From Auanema rhodensis (Eukaryota > Animalia > Nematoda), in the NCBI GenBank assembly GCA_964057225.1, contig OZ059899.1:7750001-7814000 (forward strand): 64,000 bases of DNA, read 5' to 3'. Positions 53,775-64,000 of this stretch are shown one piece after another (position 1 is the first letter of the stretch; each line of letters starts with the position of its first letter). Under the pieces are notes generated by a model. The model was not told where the DNA came from. It worked only from the letters and a program-made list of their open reading frames with translations, and searched no databases. Both the position numbers and the translations under genes were made by a program.

Positions 53775-56700
53775 GTGCGTTTCTACTGGTTCATATAAGG
53801 AATAAAACAAAGTCAACAAAATATCAAAATATGAATATAAGGTTAATTTGGATACAAAAAAAAACGACAAACATTATAAAAAAAATGGAAAAAACACGAA
53901 AAGGTTCTGCAACAAATGCTGACAACAAATAAAGAATTTAGATAGTCTTATTCAAATATTCATGCCTAGTACCTTGATTATTAAATATAAGATATTAGAA
54001 TTCAGTCTTATAAGCTAGATATTTCTAATTCTCATCTAATTAACTGGAATAATTTACATATATGAGGTGACTGCAATTGAGTCTTTTCCTATTTTCTACC
54101 AACAAAATCATCAGCCCATCTTATCCTCCGTTTTGTTCTTTTTCTTCAACCTCATCTTCAAATACATAAATGTATATCTCCCCCAATTTTTCTATTCATT
54201 CTTTTTCTTTATAAATACATCCTTGTCTCAATAGTGGGCTAGATGAACATTAAAAAAAAGCATTTTTCTAATATTTCAGATCCAAATCTTTATAATTCGT
54301 TATCCACTTTTTTGTAAAATAAAATTTGAAAGAAACAGAATAAGTATTAGTAGTAATGTCCTTCATTTTTAGATAAATTGTATTTCTGTTTTGAAGTAAA
54401 ATAGAAGTAGTCTATAAAGACATCTATTATATCTATTAACATGTCAGATTGTCAAGCTAGATAAATGAACAGTAACTTAAGATTTAGAAAAAAAGGAAAA
54501 AAAAAGAGAAATATTATTTCATATGAATTTGTTTCCTCATTTCAAATTATTTGAAACAAAAGCTATAACTTTGTTATTAATTTTAATATATTTATATATT
54601 ACATATATATAGTATATATATGACAACAATTACAAATCAAATTCAATTAAATTGGAAGAAAAAGAAATTGTATTCTTTCTCTCAAAATCTCTTTTTAACA
54701 ACTTTCATATTATCTAGTTTTTCATTGAATCTATATTTAGTAAAAAGCTATGTTAAACTTGAACTTTTTAATCACAATATACATACATACATATGTATGT
54801 TTGTGACTTGTTTTTATAAAAATTTAAAATATTCTTTCTATTTATCTTATTTGTTTTCATTTGTTATATCCACATATATGCATAAATTTTAATTTGAAAA
54901 AAAAAAGTTTTGAAAGAAAAGTTGAAAAAAAAAGTTTCTTCATAATGATTTAGCAAATACTAATGACGAGATGAAATAAATTGCAATTCTATTTTCTATC
55001 TTCCTGTAAACTTATTTTTATATTTTCATTTCGTAAGTCTCATTACTAACAGATTTCATGTGACTTATAAAGACTTCGTCTTTATATCCTCCCGTCGTTT
55101 TCATTATTCATCTCGCTCTCTTAATGAATGAGGTCTCCTTTTGACATTCAACTGCAGTATTCATCATATATATATATGTGAGCGTAGAGTAAGCCCATCA
55201 TATATCCGTATGAGATCCATTTTTTTCTTTTTTTTTTCTGTAAATATATCGTTTAGGTAATTAAAACATATATTTTTTCTAAATCTATACATAACAATCA
55301 ATTACGAGAGAAGAATATTTTTTTTTGTTTTATATATATGCAGATTTGAAGTTTTATTCAAAAATTTGCTAGCTTTTGCTATTTGGCTACCTCTATTGGG
55401 AGTTGAATTTACGTCTTATTGGTTATAACAAAATTATTTTCTAACGTCTTGGGTATTCGCGTATCGTTTCGTTGTATTCACTACATCATTCTTTTCTTTT
55501 TCTTCGAATTCTCTTTCTAATGAATTTGAAGCTTTTTTTCCCGAATAACAATATCAGATGATTTCTCAATTCCATTTGATAATACTGTTCTGATCGAGAA
55601 CAACGCAACGGCAGCCAATTTTCTTGTCACACATAGTGGCTCTCTATTTTGTTTTTTACATAGTAAAGGCTCCTTTTTTTTCGATGTTCGTCAAAAAATA
55701 TTTGAGATTATTCAATAAAACTATCAATATAGTATTAAATATTTAAATATTTCTTTATAAGCATTATTTGAATATCTATGTCATCTAATAAGATACATCT
55801 ATCGCTAGCTCATGTGTCATGAGTCTAGTCTTCTAATTTTTCTTTTCAAATGACTGAAACATTTATCTCATCTACTAATGTTAAAATACATTTATATTCC
55901 ATTTATTTATATAATCAGTCATCATCATATGTACATGTTTTTCCTCAAACTTTTGTTCACAAATTCAAATAAATAATTAATATATTTCACGTCATATATG
56001 TGTATATGTACGTTGCGATAGACTTTTTCAACATAGTATAATGGCTTGTTCAACTCTGGTTGCTCAGGAAGAGTAAAAAAGAAGAAAAACGACAAAATGC
56101 AACAGTTGACCATCCATCATTATTCCTTTTGGGACGACGACCACCCCAATCTTATAGATGGAGCTCTAAATATCAGCATGAATGGAGCTAAACGCGAACG
56201 TAAATCAGAATATTTTATTGTTCGTATGACCTTATTGTGCTTCATGGCAGCATTTTTCCTTTTTTTTTCAAAAATATTTTAAAACGTCTTTTGAGTATAA
56301 ACGAGCCTTAACTTGGCCACTTTCTGAAAATAATGAACTATACTTTCAATAGCATAACTCTCATCAGTTTTAATCGGTAATACTGATAATTAGTAATTTA
56401 AAAAATATTTTTGTGCTTTTGAAAATAAAGAAGCCGAGATATCTGCTCATTGACAGAATATGTCCTTAGACAACGCATATAAGCTTATTGAAATTGCAAG
56501 AATCGCTAATGATTTGCTCTTTTTGGCTGAACAATCGTTGATGATGTTTTGGCTTTAATTTCAGTTCATTTTTTTTTTCAAAAAATAGTTTTGCAATCTT
56601 TGTAATTTGAATGTTAATTATATTTATTTAAACATACATCATACTTTATATATCTTGTTATGTTCATTTTCTAATTAAAAACATGAAAATAATACTAATT

Positions 56701-58164
56701 TGAAAAAGAAATGTTCATAATCTGATAAATACAATTCTTTGTTTTTTAAGGAAAGAAAGATTTTAGGACCCTTGTGATAAAGATTGAATGCAAAATATAA
56801 AACATGAGCAAAAAGATAAAGCTGCAAAGCAAGATAAAACCTTCTAGAAATAGGTCTTCTTTTGCCATACTTGGGATTAATACACAAAATGTTCTCAATC
56901 TTTCTTTATCTTCTGATATATGTAGATTTCTCTTATATTTTACACAATCTTTCTCAATCTCTTTTTCTCTTCTTCTATTCATCTATTCTATCTATCTATA
57001 ATATCTATATATTTTGCTGTCTTTATACCTTTTGTGAAGAAGCATCCTATATCGATTGTTGTCTCACCTTGAATACTGAATATCACTTACGACTATTGGT
57101 TAAGTCAATATTCATTTCCACAAACGACATCTAGAGGAATCTGAGGATTGCTTTCATATACCCATTTTCTTAGCCTCCACACAACTTCCGTTTGACATCA
57201 AATATAGATATTCGAAATAACTGTTGTAGTCAACGTAAAATGCTTCTGGAGCTAGGTTCTCAGCTTTATGACTCTGTTGTAATATGATTGAAATTCAAAA
57301 ATCAATCTAGCGAAGACATCATTATTAGTCGTATCTAATTTATTCTTACATTCTATTCATCCAATCTGATTAAATATGATCAATTTGGAAAACGTTCTAG
57401 CCACTCGAACCGATTATCCAACTATTATTCTAGAAGAGCCAAGCTGTAGGTAAGATCATAGACTTCTTACCATCTTTCGTTTCACATGTGATACCCTTTT
57501 AGAACAAGCTTGCTTTGTGCATGGTATGATCTAGAAAAGTGAGTTGTAGTTTTCCAAGAAAATAAATATTATAAAACCAAAATTAAAATAAATAGTTAAT
57601 TTAATATTTATAAACATTAACACAAGATTTTGTTATATTTCTTTAATATAATTTATCGAGAGAAAGTACGTAAAACCTGAAAACTATCTTAGTTAACGGA
57701 ACTTAAAAAACAAAATTTAGAGTATTGTTAGTCTTTTTAAAATAATGAATCATGAAATATTAATATTTAGAAAAGTCATTTTAAAACAAGTTTAACTGAA
57801 TTCATTCATAATGTTCTAAATGGGGTAGGAATAGGAAACTTTCTGCCACTTACTCTTTTGAACATCCTCTCAGCAAATACAAGACTTTTGGAAATTTAAT
57901 TTGAAAATTAAAACATTCAGTTGAAAAATGCTTCAAAAACTGAGAAGACTATTATATTCTTGCCATATATTCAATATGTATACCGAACCCACAATTAATT
58001 CATCACATGCTCAATTAGATGTTTGAATTAAAAGTTTTCATGAGTATTTCATTTAAATACAACATTTTTTTTCCTATCAAAGCAATTTATAACATTTTCT
58101 ATATATTCAATATACTGTTAATTATTATTTGGACCGCATATACATATAGGAAGTTCAAACATAT

Positions 58165-58165
<1 letters not shown>

Positions 58166-58239
<74 letters not shown>

Positions 58240-58270
58240 TTCTCTTTCTCTTTCTCTTTCTCTCTCTCTC
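58166..58270. repeat. (CT)n / (CTTTCT)n microsatellite
   Basis: ~105 bp of ct dinucleotides grading into ctttct units. Confidence 0.95.
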
Positions 58271-58600
58271 TTTCTTTTTTTTCTTCTCTTCACTCTTGTA
58301 CATCTTGCAACATTTCTGCAAGAAGTCTTATTTGGAAAAAAGTATTCTGTTCACATTTACAAGCACCAGAGCATAATTTTCTCATCAAACTTGTTATATT
58401 CACTCAACTTATTCGTCGTGTATTTGTATTTGTACCTAATGATTTGTATTTATCTTAATTATATAATTTGAAGGTTTTTTGTCTGTCGCACAATCACTTT
58501 AATCTGCAAGAACTTTTCATTTTTCTATTCAACTCACCGAAACAATATACGTTTTTTGAAGTAAACAACAATAATTATAAATCAACCCGGAGGAAACAGC

Positions 58601-58641
58601 ATGTCACTATTGAACCGCATGTTTCAGCGTAGCTTTCGCAG
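58601..58641 (+). CDS. Putative alternative first coding exon (MSLLNRMFQRSFR..)
   Basis: GC-richer island with ATG at 58601 and strong donor AG|GTACGT, phase 2. Confidence 0.45.
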
Positions 58642-61600
58642 GTACGTATTAGCCTTATCACTGAATGAATCAATTGAAGCGGAGTAATATACATATATTT
58701 AATATAAATTTAATTATAACAATTAAGTAAAAATGAAGACAAAACAATGTTTTATATTAATTAATATAAAATTAATATAATTTAAATATATAAGTCAGGT
58801 AAAGGTGTTTTATTCAAATATCATATATGTTCATTCATTCAACTATTTAATCTTCCACATGGATTGATAAATATTTTTCAAAATCACCTTACACGTATGT
58901 TAGACGCTCACACATACACACATTCTAATAATCTTAATTTATAATTTTTAAATGTAGCGTGAATAGTTGTAATTTATTTGAAAATAAAATTAGATTTTTA
59001 TACGTCTCATCAAATCAAATTTTTTATTTAATTTATAGTCACAAATTAAATTAAAAAATTTATTTTTATTAATTTTATATAAATATTAAAAGTATTTTAT
59101 TAAGTTACTATGTAATAGAGTTCTTTTAGCTCAAGAAACATAGTAGTAGTCTCTCTATACATATGAAAAACTTTTGTTTTATTGAAGCTCAAACCCATAT
59201 ACTATATATATGCTATATATGCTTTAATTTTAATAAAAAAATTGTATTACTTTGCAAAGCTGAGTTCAAATAAAATTATAAATAAACCACATCACTTCTT
59301 TTCATAAATATGCAATTTTCGTTTTCCTTTTTCAATATACTATATGTATAATATTGTTTTTCAATATATTGTTGTTTAGATATGTACCCATTTTAAACTT
59401 TAAAAAAAAAAAAAATTGTTGTTTCAATTAATATTTTTATTATTATAATTTTTGATAATTCAAAATGTATTTATAATTTTTAAAATATTTTTTATACTAT
59501 TTTTACTTTTTTAGTTTTATATTATTCAAACAAAATTGATGATTAACTTTTTCTTCAGTTGAAAAATGAATTAATGAAGTAAAGTCAGAAAATTATTTGA
59601 AAGATTTATAATATTAGGTTTTTCCTCATTTTAAATGCAAAATACGACAAAAGTATAAAGTGAATCCATTTGTACTTCATCAAAAACTTATTTTTCTTCC
59701 TAACTTCAACCTACCTCTTACATTTTTTTCTTTGATGTAACAAGAAATAACATAGATGCATGTATGTAGATTTAGTTAATCTATGCGATCTCTTCAATCT
59801 ATTTCTAGCTATTTATTTTGTTTTAATTTTAAAATCTCAGCTTTCTTAATACTTATCGTAACTTTAACTTCAAAGGTCATTAAACTTTCTGATTCTTTGT
59901 TTTATTCAAAGAAACAATTAAAACAACGATTATACGTTTAAGCAACCATTTTAAAGTTGACGTCGGAGTCAACAAAACTCCAGCAATGGTTGCAAAGATG
60001 CAAAGAAAAATCCAAACATTCGAAGGCCGGCTTGGTGAAAATTGATGAAAAAAAAGCACTGCTCACACAATTAGATGCATCTAATAAGTGTGAAGAAATA
60101 GCATGCATTGTCTTACTAGAACGTCTTTCTCAGTCTTTTTAATCCGGATCTACACACGAGGCCTCGGAATCCCTTGTTCTTCCTGATATTACCCTTCAAT
60201 CGACAACATATTGATACGCAACGAGCTCAGAGGCATTAGGGCGTGGCAATGGTGTGCTGCCAGCCACAGATTGAGCATCACGTTGCTTGTCTTCTCTTTC
60301 CTTATTTCTCTTTTGGCTTTTGTTCTAAGTCTATGTTTCTGTGCATAGTATCTGTTTCCTTTTTAAATTTTATCGTTCACTCGTCAGTCAGAACTTTCAT
60401 TTCCTCAGTCTTGAAGATGTTAAAAGTTCTTAAGGTTGTTGAATCTTGTCTTTCGAATCGTTGTTTCCTTTTCACCTCATACAATCAGTCTTTTCAATAT
60501 TTATTTAAAGTTGTACCCTTTTCCTTTTTAATCATTGGCTATGCATCCGTTTCTTCATCAACTGACGTCATCAAACAACAAAACGATAGAAACATTCTTT
60601 CACTCTTTCTGTTCCTCATAGCTTGATAAAGCTATATTCCATATGCATAAGCTGCTTGACTGCTACTATTATCATTATCATCTGATTAACCAGTTTACAT
60701 GGAATCATTCATCTCTTGGATTCTATTGGTTGATATGTTCATATATCAGTTCGAACTTATATCTATTCAAGATGTTCATGCATGTATGTATATGAAGATG
60801 TGTACATTGGCATCTCTATCTTTACTATTATTATATTATATCATCTTATATAGCAAATTCAATTCAATATAAAGCTATCCATTCATTATATGTGTCGACT
60901 TATGAACATATGCAAACTATAAGGCACTAGTCTATCTACTAAATTTCTACTTCAAATAACTTTTTTTCATCAACCATTACACCACCTTACACCGTCTGTA
61001 TCCTGAAAAGGCTTCATTGACACAGGTTACACGTGAATTATTGCACATACTTTATTTTCATTTTATTACTTATACACAAGCGGCTGTTCTCAATTTTTTT
61101 CTATTACTTCATGTTAGCGCCCTTTTATTTTTCTTTTCCTTTCTCTTTTCTTCCTATTTCTTCCTCTCTTTTCCTTTCTGTTTCTCTCGATACACCTCCC
61201 TAAATATATATTTTTGATTCTTTCTTTAGAAAAAAGTCTGTTTTCTACGCAGATCAACTTTATTTTTGGGCAATCAGATAATCGTTTATGAAATAGGTGT
61301 CAATTTATATAAGCTCTATTGCTTTCAATCTCCGAACTCTCTTCCTATATATATCTCTCTCTTTCCTTTTCTGTTGTTATTCATAAATATCTTTTTCGTG
61401 TATTCTTATTTGATATCTTCTTTTCTCATTTTTCTTTTATCACCTCCTTTTTGAAACCTTGAGCTTTTTCTCAGAATTTTATCCACACACACACGAATAT
61501 CTTTTCTCTCTCTTCTATCTTTCGTTATCTTATTTATATGGTTTCATACCCTTGTTCATCTTTCTTTGTCATATCAAACATAAGCAAAACCATTGCCATT

Positions 61601-61825
61601 ACCAATATCAATATTTCTGTTTACGTTTCGGTATATTTCAGACTTATTTCAAAGCAATCATCTAGATTATTTTTTCTAATATATACATATCTGTCAACGA
61701 GTATCTCTCAACTTCTATTGCTTATCGAAGCTAGTCATCCATAGAAGTTATACTGTTGCTGGCATTGGTGTACTCTGAACAGAGTATCTTGCTAATAATT
61801 TCAAACTTGATTATCTGACTACACA

Positions 61826-61953
61826 ATGCGAGAGCCTGTTGTACCGAAGATGCAGAGGTTTCTGCATCAGCGTGTAACCCAGCTTCGCATAGTTCCTCCT
61901 GAGTTGAAACCTCAGTCTCGTGATGATGATGCTCCAAGACCTCGAGTAAACAG
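61826..61953 (+). CDS. Putative alternative first coding exon (MREPVVPKMQRFLHQRVTQLRIVPPELKPQSRDDDAPRPRVN..)
   Basis: Open GC-richer frame from ATG 61826 to donor AG|GTAAAG, phase 2. Confidence 0.5.
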
Positions 61954-64000
61954 GTAAAGCTTTAAATTTAAACTTTACCACTTCTATCAGTTTGTATTAT
62001 CAAATAATACATTATATATTTATCAAAAAATGAATCTTTATGTTATACATTCTGATCTAAGTATTAACTTGTGGGCAGCCATATGCCGAGTGAGCATGAA
62101 TGGCAAGCCGATCATTCCCACAAATCTAACTTGATGATTCCATTATTTTGTTTTTTTTTGCATCCTCGTTTCGTTTGATTCCAAAGATCAGATGTTTCTA
62201 AAATTTAGAAGTTGACAACCTGACCCGAAGTGGAACACATTATAGAAAAGAATGTGTTGTTCTCTAACATTTCCTGAAAAGGTTCTCATGTTTCGAACCG
62301 ATTCAAAATCTAAAAGGGAAACAAGCTAGAGAAACTAAAACCAAGCAAAATAATAGAAGAAACACAGAAAAAGATAGCAAAGAACATATATCTCAAGATA
62401 CATCTACTTTGTGTGGACCGACATTCGGATCCTTTTCCCGCTCCCTATTTTTCTCTTTCTCTCTATAATACACATATACTCTTCGTATCTCCTTCTTTGT
62501 CCTCCGTCCACATTTGCCTTTTAACTATGTAGATATCCATATCTTACAAGGCCTTATGGATAATAATAGCCTTATTCGATGGCATATTGTGGACAATGTC
62601 TTCGTTGATGTCGAGACAGCTGTACGTTGAACAGCAGCAGGAAACTGACGACGACAACTACCGCGACAGCGACATCTCCGAACAACTATTATATTCTTCA
62701 TCATCTCTATTCTCATATCAATCGAGCCTCTAATACTACAAACATAAAGAAAAAGATTTTAGAGAGCAAGGAAAATATGAATTTTAAGGTTATATATTAG
62801 AAGTATAAACAGACATAAAATGAGAAATGTCATGCATAACTTCATCAATGAATTCCGTGAATATCTCATTTGTGCTATTTCAATAGTTTTGAAGCACTTT
62901 GCGGCATGTACAACTCTTTTTTTTGTGATATTTTGAAGAAATGATGATGAAGCAATAAAAAAAACACAAATTTGAACAAAACGTAACAAACTGATTTTTG
63001 TATAGCTGAAAGCAAATTGATTTATCGTAAAAGCAGCCACATCAAAGATTGAAAATAATTTAATCAAAAACGTTTTTTTACGTTGTCAATGAAATTATTT
63101 GTGATTTTCAAAGTTTAAAACCTTTACTTTGCGAATATTATTTTTGTTAGTAAATCTTTTTTCAGATCATCTTCGTAATTTTATGGGAACCTTGTTTCCA
63201 ATAAGAAAAATTCTTTTAATTTAGAAAATCAGATAAATCTTTCCGATAGGCTGTTGAATATATCAATCTTTTTAGACAGATTTAAGGTTTGACAGCGGAA
63301 TAATAATGACGATTTTCTAGATGAAACTTCCTTTTTTTTTTTTTTTTTGAAAAAAAAAATGCTGCTTTTGCCTGGCTTCTATTTGTAAAATTTGAATTGA
63401 AATGTTCCATAATAATATCAGCAAATATAAGTAGAACAACAGGGTAAATGGGGTCAAATACTTGATCATTGATACTTGTCAAGCAAGCTTCTTCCTCTTT
63501 ATGTTTCAACTTGAGGTTAAATACTTCCTAATTTTTGAAAAAAAAGGGTCATACGGTATAGAAGTATTTTCAATAAGAGCGACTCAATTTCTTCAGATAA
63601 TCTCTGATAATTTAGAAAAAAAGTACTTTCATAGCAATTTCTATTTCCCAATAGAGCACACTTGTTTTAATTAACTTAATTTTTTTTTTGTAATTTTTTT
63701 CTGCAAAACTGGCCAATGAATTCATATTTGAAAGCTACAATATCAGTCATGTACACGTGAGAAAATGATATAATATAAATTTCTTCTATTTATTACATAT
63801 TTAGTTTTTATCATAAAAAAAAAGGAAATTACTTTTGTTCATAAGCTGCATTGATCAGCCATATGAAGTAGATTCTATTATTTTCCTTTTATAAAGTATC
63901 AAAAGGAATCATTCTATGATATTTAAAATTGATTATAATCAAATATATTGATGAAATAGTTCAATATAGAAAGAAAATCTTTTAAACCCTTGAGGTTTTG

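Noticed and set aside
58019-58471. ORFs with LSLSLS / RERERE runs
   Set aside because: Translation artefacts of the (CT)n microsatellite.
59957-60280. Coding-like GC-richer stretch
   Set aside because: Interrupted by several stops, with no clear splice sites or recognisable motif; possibly a decayed fragment.
51000-64000. piRNA (21U) cluster near PIWI
   Set aside because: Only scattered GTTTCA hits and no visible dense CTGTTTCA (Ruby) motif array; a PWM scan plus small-RNA data would be needed to exclude divergent motifs.

Overview
AT-rich eukaryotic genomic DNA with many very short (~40-55 nt) GT-AG introns, so the ORF track shows only exon fragments. I assembled gene models by hand, and internal exon boundaries are approximate. 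Gene content points to a clade V (rhabditid) nematode with a compact genome: PRG-1-type PIWI, lact-type beta-lactamase fold, C6 and DUF5648 secreted proteins, operon-like spacing. Genes in 1-30 kb: DUF5648-like secreted protein, soluble fumarate reductase with signal peptide and HEEL, FAM122A/PABIR-like, beta-lactamase-like, zinc-finger (MYND-like) protein, divergent formin, multipass membrane protein, secreted G/S/A/N-rich protein. Genes in 30-50 kb: eight co-directional genes (DIS3L2, mitochondrial RNA polymerase, PIWI, NDUFV2, TRMT11, CIAO2B, MRM2, PAM16); the last five have operon spacing. A C6-domain gene follows, then a 13-kb gene-poor region with what look like alternative first exons of a gene continuing beyond the window. 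Best non-coding finds: (1) a ~257-nt box C/D scaRNA-like RNA in a DIS3L2 intron whose guide predicts 2'-O-methylation of U5 snRNA U41; (2) an unassigned ~335-nt element closed by an 11-bp helix directly downstream of a PSE+TATA-like (Pol III type-3) promoter. The PIWI gene appears to lack the N-terminal RG tail and has no canonical donor for its first intron.
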